Source: an uncultured delta proteobacterium (lineage in GTDB: Bacteria; Desulfobacterota; Binatia; UBA9968). Taken from it: DNA of 64,000 nucleotides. Within the stretch, counting starts at the first letter, position 1. Each line of letters opens with the position of its first letter. The stretch is from contig CAVXEP010000012.1 of NCBI GenBank assembly GCA_963760795.1, forward strand, positions 1-64,000, in the 5' to 3' direction. Shown piece by piece: positions 10,089-19,762 of this stretch. The notes beneath the pieces were generated by a model. The model saw only the letters and a program-made list of their open reading frames with translations. It ran no database searches and was not told the DNA's origin. Position numbers and translations under genes: made by a program.

Positions 10089-10330
10089 TCAGGCGGGAAT
10101 TTTTAGGCTGCGATACGAGTGTAAGATCGCCTCGAGAACCCCTCCGCCAATGGCCCTAGCCTTGTCGGAAATCGTGTCAACATACCCCCTTTCACCCCTT
10201 GGATCAACGTCGCCGAGCTTCATGCCGGCCCGAGTTTCTACACCGTCATGGAGCATGCCGCGGATCAGCCCGGCGATCGCCGAGCGCACCGGCTCACCGG
10301 CGATTTCGCCAACGATTTCCCCGGCGAGCC
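10089..10330 (-). pseudogene. C-terminal fragment of YqeB-like (selenium-dependent molybdenum hydroxylase system) protein
   Basis: 'GEIVGEIAGEPVRSAIAGLIRGMLHDG...GMKLGDVDPRG...TISDKARAIGGGVLEAIL'; in-frame stop just upstream and no room for the N-terminal part. Confidence 0.75.
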
Positions 10331-10337
10331 ATTGGTC

Positions 10338-10357
10338 TATGATTTATCTAAATCATA
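10338..10357. promoter_or_regulatory. Perfect 9-2-9 inverted repeat, candidate operator
   Basis: TATGATTTA-TC-TAAATCATA in an AT-rich gap upstream of the cox/ubiX gene run. Confidence 0.45.
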
Positions 10358-10446
10358 ACAAAGCGCATTGCGCGATCAAAATCGGCGAAAATGACAGTTC
10401 ACACGGGAATACTCAAGTCCATCGACAGCCGCCCGCGCACTCGGAC

Positions 10447-10485
10447 AAAAAAAAGCCGCCCGATGAGCTTGACCCATGGGCGGCT
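10447..10485 (-). terminator. Rho-independent terminator after the T2SS cluster
   Basis: AGCCGCCC...GGGCGGCT stem followed on the minus strand by a U8 tract. Confidence 0.7.
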
Positions 10486-10505
10486 AATCGGCAAAAGCCT
10501 CGCGA

Positions 10506-12294
10506 CTAGTATGCCGCTATATAGGCATCCTTGTACTGGTTTTGAGCCATCAGTGTTCTGCGCAGTTCCGCGGCGTCTTTAAGGCTTTCCAATTGACCTA
10601 CGCGCACGCGGTGCCACACTTTGTAATTTCCATGGGTGACTCTCACGTAGGCGTGGTAACCCAAGCGGCGGAGTTTTTGCGCTAACGATTCAGCCCCGCT
10701 ACTCTCGGCTATTGCCGCTACTTGCACGGTCCATGTCCGTCCGCTGGCCGTGGGCTTTTGCGGCTGCACCGGTTTAACGGCAGCCGCCAGGCGGCGCTGG
10801 CGCCGCTACTGGCACGGCTTGAATAAATGAAAGTACCTGCTCTGGCGGCATCGGCGCGATGCTTGGCTTTGGCTGGGTGTTAGCCGGCACGGCCGGCTGA
10901 TAATTCTGCGCCAGCCATACCGGTTCGGTCGATTGCGGCACAGCCATCGGCGGCATCATCCGGCCTGTAAGTGGATCGTTCGATAGTAAAGTGACATTGC
11001 CAATAAACGCCGGCAACGCGGCGCGCGGCCCAACCGGTGGCGTGGCCGGCTCCGGCTGTCGCTGATCGTACTGGTAATACTGGTTCGGATCCGGTAGCGG
11101 CGGCAGTGGACGCGGCGGCAAGAGTCGCTCGCGGTCCTGCATAAGTCGTTCGAGTTCCGCCCGTACCTTCTCGAGCCCAGCTTTGAAGTCGCTCGTAACG
11201 ATCTTGGCTTCATCGCGATTACGAATCACTCGCGGCGTGATCAACATGATCAGTTCGGTGCGATCGGTGGCGTCATTGGTCGTGCCAAAGAATCGCCCGA
11301 TGACCGGAATGTCCATCAGATAAGGGATGCCCGATCGGCCCTTGCGTTTCAGCTCGCCGATCAAGCCACCGATCACTAAAGTCTCGCCATCTTGAACCAC
11401 TGCCGTGGTTTCCGCGTCTTGAGTGTTGAACGCGGGGAACGTGTCTTGCCCCACCGTGACATCCTCGCCGCGCGCACTGACTTCCGCCTTAATTTGCAAA
11501 TTCACTAATCCTCGTGAATTCACCTGTGGAATGATCGTCAGTATCCGGCCGGTGTTGCGGTACTGAATGGTCGTGGATTGTGACAGAGTGGCTACCGAAC
11601 CCGTTGCCGCCTGAAGAGTCCCGGTTGGGATCGGCTCCTCGCTGCCGACCTGAATTCGCGCCGGCTTGTTGTCGCTGGCAATCACGCTCGGCGACGAAAG
11701 TAGCTTAATGCGCGAATTTGTCGCCGCGGCGCGTGATCATCGCTGACACCGTGTCGTCACCGACGATGGCGCTGAGTCCAGCCGCGCCTAAGAATGCGGG
11801 TGAAGCCGGGAAAAGCGTTCCTAATGTTTTGATTGCCGCGTTTGAACCGAATGTCTGGCCGAAAATCGTTTGACGGGATTTGCGAAACAGCTCGTAATCG
11901 ACGCCGAAGTCTTCGGAATCCCTAAGATCGATCTGCAATATCATCGCTTCGATCAATACCTGCCGTGGAATCGCATCGAGCTCCTTGAGAATATTTTTCA
12001 CGTTCTGATACTCTTGGACGGTACCATAAACGACTAATGAGTTGGTCGCCGGATCGGCGACGATACGCAATTGCTCCTGTTGTTGCTGCTGCTGCCCCGG
12101 TTGAGCTGGAACGGCTGGCCTTGGCACGACGCCGGTGCTGGTGACGGCGTCGTGACCTGGGGAGCTGGCGTCGCTGGAACTGGGACCTGGCCTGGCACAG
12201 GTACGGTCGCGAATGCTCCCGGACGGTTTTGCGCCTGCACACCGGACCAACTTCCGGCGATGACCACTAAACATATCGCAGTAAAATTTTTCAT
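10506..12294 (-). CDS. gspD: Secretin GspD C-terminal part: signal peptide, Pro-rich linker, end of N3, secretin domain, Pro-rich tail, probably fused to a SPOR domain (frameshifted)
   Basis: 'LRIVADPATNSLVVYGT...ILKELDAIPRQVLIEAMI', 'SDNKPARIQVGSEEPI', 'IQYRNTGRILTIIPQVN', 'DGETLVIGGLI...SGIPYLMDIPVIGRFFG...RTELIMLITPRVIR'; SPOR 'WTVQVAA...HRVRVGQL' at 10506..10769; start at MKNFTAICLVVIAGSWSGVQA is an inference. Confidence 0.8.
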
Positions 12295-13584
12295 CGCATT
12301 TGCCCTTGCTGTGAACCACCCGAACCAAACTGTCCTGAGCCACTCGAGCTGCCCGAATCCCCCGGATGGGTTGGAGCTGCCCGAAGAAGACCGATGTATG
12401 CTCTGCAAAGTCTGCGGCGCTGCTGCGCGCGCCGGTGGAAGGTTGGCCCAGCGCCTGGTTGAGCACGTCGGCGAGCTCGGTCGCCTTGCCGTTTTCCACG
12501 GGGTAGATGAATATCCTGCGACCCGGCCCTTCGGCAACCACGTCGATGCGGTCGAGCCACCGTTTAGCGTAGGTCCAAGCCGCTTCGCTATGGGCGATGA
12601 TCAGCAATTGGTTGATTCTTGGCAGCGGTACGAACTGCGCGGCAAAGTTCTCACTCTGGGGCGAGGAGGCCGAGAACGACTGCATGACTTTGGTCATCTC
12701 TTGGGATAGCTCCTCGGCGCTGGCGATTTTCGGCTGATAAATTTCCATGCGCGTACCGGCGAAAACCTGGACGTCGATGAGGTCGACGATCTCGGTTAAC
12801 CGCTGAATATTCAGCGGGGTGTCCATGACGATCAAAAAATTGCCGCGCGGGTTATCGATAATCTCGGCGCCCGGTTGCAAAAATGGCGTCAGCACCCGTT
12901 TCATTTCGGCGACCGTAAAAAACCGTACGGGGATCAGTTGTAAGGCAAAACTATCCTCGCGTCCTTGCGCCAGCGGGCGCGCCATCCCTTTGCCGTCCTT
13001 GATCGGCGTGATGTGATATAGATTGCCGGTGCGCACCGCCACCGCGCCATTCATGCGTAGCAGCTGGTGAAAGATCGGCATCAGATCCTCGGCGCGCAGC
13101 GGCTCAGCGCTATTGATCGTCACCGTGCCTTTGACCTCGGGATCGATCGTGTAGGTCAGCCGCAGTTGCTGGGCGATAATGTGGATAATCTCGACTAGAT
13201 CGGCACGGTTGAAGTTAAGAGAAACCATGCCGCCGGCGGGAAAAGAAGATCCCGGGCTACCGCGCCGGATCGGTGGCCCGGAACCGCCGGCACAGCGGGT
13301 TGAGCGGTATCGTTCGGATCGGCCGGCACCGGTTGCCCCGGCGACGGCGTGACCTGGCCCGGCGCTTGGACTGGCGCAGGTAGGCGCCGCGGCAAAACTG
13401 GCGGCCGCGGCCCTGGCGGTATATTTGGATCTCCAGGAATCTGCGGCTGTGCGGGGTTTGGGCGTGGCTGAGTGGGAGTCGGCGTAGGGATCGGCACCAC
13501 TGGCGGTTGCTGTGACCCTGCCGGGCTGGTAACCGTCGTTGCGAAAATCAGCACAGCCATGCGTGAAACACTTTTTAAAGACAT
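12291..13584 (-). CDS. gspD: Secretin GspD N-terminal part (signal peptide, Pro-rich region, N0-N1-N2, start of N3; frameshifted)
   Basis: AGGAG RBS before ATG 13584; 'VSLNFNRADLVEIIHII...YTIDPEVKGTVTI', 'IFIYPVENGKATELADVLNQALG'; G/S-rich tail ends GSGGSQQGQMR* at 12291. Confidence 0.75.
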
Positions 13585-13603
13585 AGGATCGCTCCTTCTC
13601 CAC

Positions 13604-14278
13604 TCACGACTCGGGGCCGCCACTGCCGGGCACCGGTATCCGTCCCCGTCTTGGCAGGTTGGGCAATACCCTGGGCACCGGCACTGGGTTGCCGGTGGGC
13701 GGCGCCTGAATCTGTCCCGGCGCAGCCGCGGGCCGAGGCGCAACGTTATCGACCTTGCGAAAGTAATCCAGCAATACTTCCACCCGCGTCGCGTCGCGGG
13801 CAAAAACTACCCGCTGGTCGGTGATCTCCGTCAGCCTAAATCCTTCGACATTGTCGCCGACTTTCAAACGCAAAATGGACGCGGCCTGTGCACCGGGTCG
13901 TTGTCCGGCAACCGGCTGGCCGGGTGCCAGGTTGGCGCCATCCTGGACAATCGCCACGCGATTGTTACCGATGATCACAGTGCCCACTAGAATCATGCCA
14001 CGCACACGTTGGACGGCTCGGGAATTTTCTTCCGCATCGCGCGACGCACCCGCTCCCCTTTCAGGATCGAAAAGGTTCTTGCTAATAATCGCTTCGGTAC
14101 CGATCGACGGCCGCGGCGTCAGTAAAAGCTGCTGTTCCGTGCTAATCGCCGCCGGCCTTTGCGCCATAGGTCCGGGAATATCCCAAGGGCCTGCACGCCA
14201 AGAGCGATAGGTCGTCCATCCAACCAAACCGATGGCCACTGTAATAACGATGCTTAATAACGCGGATCGAGTAAGAAT
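13604..14278 (-). CDS. GspC-like T2SS protein (TM anchor plus HR domain)
   Basis: N-terminal TM, 'KNLFDPERG', 'ILVGTVIIGNNRVAIV', 'LKVGDNVEGFRLTEITDQRVVF'; position before gspD; start uncertain. Confidence 0.7.
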   Translation of the reverse strand: MLTRSALLSIVITVAIGLVGWTTYRSWRAGPWDIPGPMAQRPAAISTEQQLLLTPRPSIGTEAIISKNLFDPERGAGASRDAEENSRAVQRVRGMILVGTVIIGNNRVAIVQDGANLAPGQPVAGQRPGAQAASILRLKVGDNVEGFRLTEITDQRVVFARDATRVEVLLDYFRKVDNVAPRPAAAPGQIQAPPTGNPVPVPRVLPNLPRRGRIPVPGSGGPES

Positions 14279-14508
14279 ATCGCTCTTCCTCCAGAAACCT
14301 CAGAAATATCCGGGCAATCAACCACGTTGCCCGGCAAGCATCGAAGTAGCCTCAAATTGTACAACGTAGTTCTCAGAATTCATACTTTATCTTCCATATT
14401 TAACCTGACCAATCGAGCGTTGAGCAAATCTTCACGTCCGGTACGGCTTCATATCACCGCGATCTAGCCTGGGGCAGTTGACCAAAGATGTCGTCGGTTG
14501 AGCGCAAC

Positions 14509-15177
14509 CTAGACAGGTTTATCCGGCGCTGCTTTCGTTGGGTTCGACGGCGCTCCCGGCTTCGCCGCAGGCACCGGCTGAGCCCGGGCAAAGCCGACAA
14601 CCGTAAGACTGACTCTAAGGTTTTGTTGGGCCGCCGGTTGTGCCCCGGGGACTTGAGGGAAGCCGACCGGACGGAATAGAGAACGGACGTTGATCTCGTC
14701 GATGACTAAGAGCTTTGGCGCGCTTTCGATCCCGCGAATCAAACTGGCCAGTTGTTGCACCTGGCCGCCGATCTCCATTTGGATGGCGATTTTGGAAAAT
14801 GAGCCGCTCGGCTCGGGATTGAGCACGCGGGTAGTGATGACTTGGGTGCCCTCGCGGGTCGCCAGCAACTGCACCGTCTCCTGGAGATCGGACGCGGTAA
14901 CCGAAGGGGTATCCCCGGTCAACAGCGCCGGTTCGATGGTTTTGATCTGATTCTGTGCCGCAGCCAGGGCCGCCAATAACGAATCTTTCTGGCTCAAGTA
15001 TCGCAGGTTTTTTTGCAGTAATTGTGGCTGGCTTTCGAGTTGGCCCTTAATCGTCGCCCGGCGCTCGAGCAGCGGCGTGGCGATTGCCGTCTTGACGATA
15101 AAGAACAACATGATCGCGCCGGTCAAAAAAACCAGCCCCCGTTCGCGCTGCGACAACCTTTGCCAAAACTGCTTCAT
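14509..15177 (-). CDS. gspM: Type II secretion protein GspM
   Basis: 'WQRLSQRERGLVFL' TM, coiled coil, 'LIRGIESAPKLLVIDEINV'. Confidence 0.8.
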   Translation of the reverse strand: MKQFWQRLSQRERGLVFLTGAIMLFFIVKTAIATPLLERRATIKGQLESQPQLLQKNLRYLSQKDSLLAALAAAQNQIKTIEPALLTGDTPSVTASDLQETVQLLATREGTQVITTRVLNPEPSGSFSKIAIQMEIGGQVQQLASLIRGIESAPKLLVIDEINVRSLFRPVGFPQVPGAQPAAQQNLRVSLTVVGFARAQPVPAAKPGAPSNPTKAAPDKPV

Positions 15178-15186
15178 GACTTCGAT

Positions 15187-16749
15187 TTACTTTCTTTGGG
15201 CGCTACTTGCGGAACCTCTCTGGCAGTCCGCGACTGGCGGCTCCTTGGCGGCGTCTTTAGGTTTTTCCACTTCCGCCTTCAACGAAAACGTTTCGCGGTT
15301 GTCCCGGCCGCGATTAGACGGTGCATTGAACGCGACATTCTCGAACACCGGCGAGCGCTCCAACAGTGGAATCAACGCCGAGGCATTTTCTGCGTTGCCT
15401 TGAACCTCTAAGACACCGGCCCGGTAACGCAGATTGGAAAGATGAGCGCTGTTGGGCACGACCTTCGACAATTCGTCAAGGATTTTGAGAACTTCGCCGC
15501 GGCGTCCCTGGAGCTCGGCCAAGCTGCCAATCTCCTTGCTCAGCTGCTGTAACTGATTTTCTTCGCGGCGTAGCGCTTCAATGGCCGCCTCGAATTTCTG
15601 GTTCTCGCGCTGCAACTGACGCAGACGCATCTCGTCCTTGATCGGATAGCTAATCCCCCAGGCGATCAGCGCGAGCGCCAAAAGCCCACCGAGGACGGTA
15701 TTGACCATTGACAGCGCCTTGCCGCCCGCCGGCTCGGGATTTTCATGACGCAGAAAATTGCCGATCACCGAGGCTTCACGGATACCGCGTAACGCCGCCC
15801 CCACGGCCGGCAGCGCCGCCTCAGGAAGAGGCGTTTTTAACCCACTGAAGCGGTGCCCGCCCAAGCTTTGCAGCTCCTCGGCGGCAGCGAACTTTTCCGC
15901 CGGCAACCCGGTCATGTCGCCGATATTACCCCACCGGTAGCACTTATCGACATTGGTGAGATTCTCTCGCAGCAACTCTCGGCCCGCACCCTGCGCCCAT
16001 TCCGAATGGGGCAAGCGATGCGAGAATAGAACTTGATGAGAAGCGCTCCAACTCGTCGCCTTTGACTCGACCCCGAGCAGGTCCCAGCTGTGCTCGCTCG
16101 CCGCTAGAATCGCCGTACGGGAGTTATTGGGGCCAGTGGAATAAAGCGCGTAATTGAGCAGCGCCGTGACGTCGGGCTCGACGCCGGCGGGCTTGATGCC
16201 GAAGGACTCCAGCAAGCTTACCAGGCCGTCGACGATGGTTTTTTGCACGGCAACGACGTAAAGGCTCAGCTTGTCGCCTTTCTTGCCGTTGGCCAGATAG
16301 TCGTAGTAGATTTCATCGCGGCGAAAGGGCAGCTGCCGCTCGATCTCGTACTGTAAAACTTGCTCGATATTATCCTGCGCCGCCAGCGGCAGGAATATCT
16401 GCTGTATCATCACCTGGTCTTGCGGAATACATAGATAAACCGCGTCGCGCCCGGCGTTAAAATGGGGCAATAGAGAAACCATCGCCTGGCGCAGACTGCG
16501 CTCGCGCGAATCGTTCTCGGCCTTAAGCGCGATCTCTTTAACGTCTTCGGCCACCCAGCCGGTGATATCGGCGATCGCCGGACGCGTGTCGCTGTGCGGC
16601 AAGTCGCGGTCCTGCTGGTCGAGCAGCGCTACGTTGAGCAAGCTCTTACGCAGGCGCACCATCACCAGGCGGTCCTGCATGACGTAAAGCCCGACGCTTC
16701 TGAGAAAGTCGGCGCGCGAAAGATCTTGTAAGCGCTGTCCTAGGCCCAT
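15187..16749 (-). CDS. gspL: Type II secretion protein GspL (PilM-like cytoplasmic domain plus PilN-like periplasmic domain)
   Basis: 'LPLAAQDNIEQVLQYEIERQLPFRRDEIYYD', TM, 'ILDELSKVVP...LEVQGNAENASALIPLLERSPVFENVAF'. Confidence 0.82.
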   Translation of the reverse strand: MGLGQRLQDLSRADFLRSVGLYVMQDRLVMVRLRKSLLNVALLDQQDRDLPHSDTRPAIADITGWVAEDVKEIALKAENDSRERSLRQAMVSLLPHFNAGRDAVYLCIPQDQVMIQQIFLPLAAQDNIEQVLQYEIERQLPFRRDEIYYDYLANGKKGDKLSLYVVAVQKTIVDGLVSLLESFGIKPAGVEPDVTALLNYALYSTGPNNSRTAILAASEHSWDLLGVESKATSWSASHQVLFSHRLPHSEWAQGAGRELLRENLTNVDKCYRWGNIGDMTGLPAEKFAAAEELQSLGGHRFSGLKTPLPEAALPAVGAALRGIREASVIGNFLRHENPEPAGGKALSMVNTVLGGLLALALIAWGISYPIKDEMRLRQLQRENQKFEAAIEALRREENQLQQLSKEIGSLAELQGRRGEVLKILDELSKVVPNSAHLSNLRYRAGVLEVQGNAENASALIPLLERSPVFENVAFNAPSNRGRDNRETFSLKAEVEKPKDAAKEPPVADCQRGSASSAQRK

Positions 16750-16799
16750 GAGTCTTAGCGGTTTAAAAAGAAGTTAACTACGCCATATTACCTGAAAGC

Positions 16800-17817
16800 T
16801 CAAGGTTGCGATAGTCCAATTTCCCGATCGAGCCAACGGAGGATCTCGAAGCCTTGGGCGCCGCCGAGCCTGACCACCCCTTTGACCCGGCGCGCCGCGC
16901 GGGAATCCGTTGGCCGGCCTTCGGCGTCGACCGCGACCACCGATGGGTTGGTAAAAATAAACGATTGCAACATCGGGTCACCGGATCCGACACCCAAGAG
17001 CGGCAGCAAGTCGGTCAAGGTTTTATCCGACAAACGTTTGCGTTCCTCGACGAAGCTGCGGCATTTCTCCATCGGAATACCGGTCATGGCGTGAATCACC
17101 TGCGCCGTGGCGGTGCGCAGGTTGACCCGGTCGATGGGACTGTCGATGGTGAAGACCTCGCGCAATCCGATCCGCGCCGAGCGCTCCGACCGTGCATCGC
17201 TGTCGTCGGCAGAACCATAATAGAGCGCTGGCGTCATGCCGCGAATCCACAAGAGATCCTCGACGCTATCGAGGGGGCCGTTCTTCGCCGAATAGGCCGG
17301 CGACAGTGACCCATAATAATCGCTTTCGGCGCCATTGGTGCGGTGCAGCTCGTCGGGATCGCGCCAGTCCATAATCGAGTCGACAAGAATATCCACCACC
17401 GACGCCGTCCACCCCAAGATTGGAAAATACCCGGCGTAAAGTCTCTTCGTTGACGCGATTGAGATTGATTTTACCGCCCTCGTCGACCAGCCGCACACGA
17501 AACCCGCCGCTGCCAAGTTTCTCCTCGCGCCAACTGCCGTCAAACAGATCGCTCTTTGCAGGATCGGCCGGCGGATTGCCGCCCCTGGCCTGATGGATGA
17601 AATCGTACAAGCCGCGCTCAAAACCGGCTACGGCAAGATAATAACCTTGCGTCTCATCGCTGAAACGATGGGTCGCCTCCGCTTCTTCACGCACCGAGGC
17701 GCTAAAGTCGAATGCGACGACGAAGAGAAAAATAAATATCCACAAAACCACGATCAGCGCCACACCGCGTTGGTTGCCGAGTAACCGATTGGCGTTTTTT
17801 GCGATGACCGGCTTCAT
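16800..17817 (-). CDS. gspK: Minor pseudopilin GspK (frameshift ~17400)
   Basis: 'QRGVALIVVLWIF', 'LVDEGGKINLN', 'DSIMDWRDPD', 'AKNGPLDSVEDLLWIRGM', 'RVNLRTA'. Confidence 0.9.
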
Positions 17818-18481
17818 TGGGACAGCACCGCCAGCATCAAGGGAAATACCCAGCGCACCTCTTTGCCATCGGCGTCGATAAAAGTCATGCGCAGAGCGCG
17901 CGGCAGCCGGCGCCGCGTCGTCGCCGTCCCAGCGCTCTTCCCAGTTTTCTTTTTCCCCCTCGGCATCGAGATAAGCGAGCTGAAAATCGCGGATGACCTT
18001 CGAGAATCACCAAACTATGGCGTTGCCCGCCGTCACTGGCATCGCCGCCGACGCGAACCGGCGCGGTCTCCGCCAGCCGTACCAGCGCGCGGCCGTTATC
18101 AGCCTCGTCCTTTTCTATGGCGATCTTGGCCATGCCGCGGCCGCCCATGGCGTGGGAATAGGACGATACGAAAGTCACACTGTCGCGCTCGCCGTCGAAA
18201 AAAATCGCCTGCTCTTGAATCGACCCGCGGTAGGGATAAGCGGATCGGATATAGGTCGCCAGCAGATCGCCGATGGAACGGGTCTTTTGGTTGCGGCTAA
18301 AACTCGCCGCGGATTTTTCCACCGCCGTGTGGCCGAGGGAAAAAGCGCCATAAAGCACCCCGCCCATGAGCGCAAAGATAGTGATCGCTAACACTACTTC
18401 GATCAAGGTAAAGCCGCCGGCGCCATGAAAGCCGCGTCGCGGCTTGCCATCGTCAGGGATCGCGCTCCATCTCGAACTCAT
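17814..18481 (-). CDS. gspJ: Minor pseudopilin GspJ (frameshifted)
   Basis: Prepilin motif GFTLIEVVLAITIF; reconstructed stop overlaps the gspK ATG. Confidence 0.82.
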
Positions 18482-18888
18482 GGATTGCCCTTGCGCGCTA
18501 GCCGCAACGTCTTTAGTTCCACCCGGCGTTCTCTCTCACCGTCAGCCACGGTCATTTCGACGGCGACTTCTTTGAGCTCCCAGTTGCTGCCCAAGTTTAG
18601 CGACGGCGCGGTATCGCGCTGCGTTTGAATCTGCGTGCGCCAGCGGCTGGCCGGCGCCACCGTACCGTTCTCCGAGCCGTCGCGCAGATTGGGGCGAGCC
18701 AGCAACTCGTCCATGACCCGCGCGCCTTGGGCGATCGCGTCGGTCTGCACGTTGCTGCGCGACGCCAAACGCAGGCCGAGGGAAAATATTTGCAGCAAAG
18801 TCACCACGCCTAAACCGACGATGGTCATGGCGATGAGCACTTCGAGCAATGTGAAGCCGTCTTTACCGCGACCCATGAAAGCTTTCAC
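18478..18888 (-). CDS. gspI: Minor pseudopilin GspI
   Basis: GFTLLEVLIAMTIVGLG prepilin motif; size and position. Confidence 0.85.
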   Translation of the reverse strand: MKAFMGRGKDGFTLLEVLIAMTIVGLGVVTLLQIFSLGLRLASRSNVQTDAIAQGARVMDELLARPNLRDGSENGTVAPASRWRTQIQTQRDTAPSLNLGSNWELKEVAVEMTVADGERERRVELKTLRLARKGNP

Positions 18889-19353
18889 GACTGACCGCCA
18901 CGGCTGACTTCGATCTTGCCGGTGAGCGGTTCGAAACGAATCAGATAGGAAATCGAATTGGCACTACTGACGATGACGATCTCGCCGCCGAGGCTGCTGC
19001 CGTTGGGAAAGAAATAAAATCGCTTGGTGTCGCGCTCCATCGCTTCGCCGCCTTCGATGGACGCGATGCGCACATCCTCGGGGAGATGGACCTCGCGAAC
19101 CTTCGGCACGAAATAGGTGTTGTGCGCCATGCTGACGATCAGCTGCTGAGCGACGCCGTCGACTAAGCGCGCGGCTCCGCAGCTGCCGCGCCACCGCGGC
19201 CAAGCCGAGCGCCGAACTGCGCACTTCGCGCTCCTGCAAGCGCCGGCCGATATTGGGCAGGACGATCGCCATGCTGATGCCCATGACCACCAGCACCAGG
19301 ACGAGCTCAAGGAGCGAGAATCCCCGGCTATCTTTCCCAGCTGGTAATGTCAC
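18885..19353 (-). CDS. gspH: Minor pseudopilin GspH (frameshift ~19165)
   Basis: GFSLLELVLVLVVMG motif; C-term 'FYFFPNGSSLGGEI...IRFEPLTGKI'. Confidence 0.85.
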
Positions 19354-19741
19354 GGTTATTGCCGTCGCCCCCGGGGACGCCGTCGGCGCCATAGGAAATA
19401 ATATCGTAGACGCCATGATCCCCCGGACTCTTGTAGACATAGGGCTTGCCCCAAGGGTCCGGCGGCAGATCTTTTCTGAGATAGGGACCATCCCAGCGGT
19501 CGACGCCGCCGGGCTTTTGCATCAAGGCCGCCATGCCTTCCTGGCTAGTCGGATAACGCCCGACGTCGAGGCGAAAGGTGTCAAGCGCGGTGCCGAATAA
19601 CTCGATCTGCGCCTTGGCCGCTTTGGCGGTGGCCTTTTCTTCCTGTTTAATGAATTGCGGCACCACCAGCCCAGCCAGCAGGCCGATAATGATGACCACG
19701 ACAATCAGTTCGACGAGGGTAAACCCGGCTTGGTTCTTCAT
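19328..19741 (-). CDS. gspG: Major pseudopilin GspG
   Basis: GFTLVELIVVVIIIGLLA, 'ALDTFRLDVGRYPT', 'WDGPYL', 'DPWGKPYVY', 'SYGADGVPGG'. Confidence 0.96.
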   Translation of the reverse strand: MKNQAGFTLVELIVVVIIIGLLAGLVVPQFIKQEEKATAKAAKAQIELFGTALDTFRLDVGRYPTSQEGMAALMQKPGGVDRWDGPYLRKDLPPDPWGKPYVYKSPGDHGVYDIISYGADGVPGGDGNNRDITSWER

Positions 19742-19762
19742 AGCTTGGTTAAGAGATTTCGC

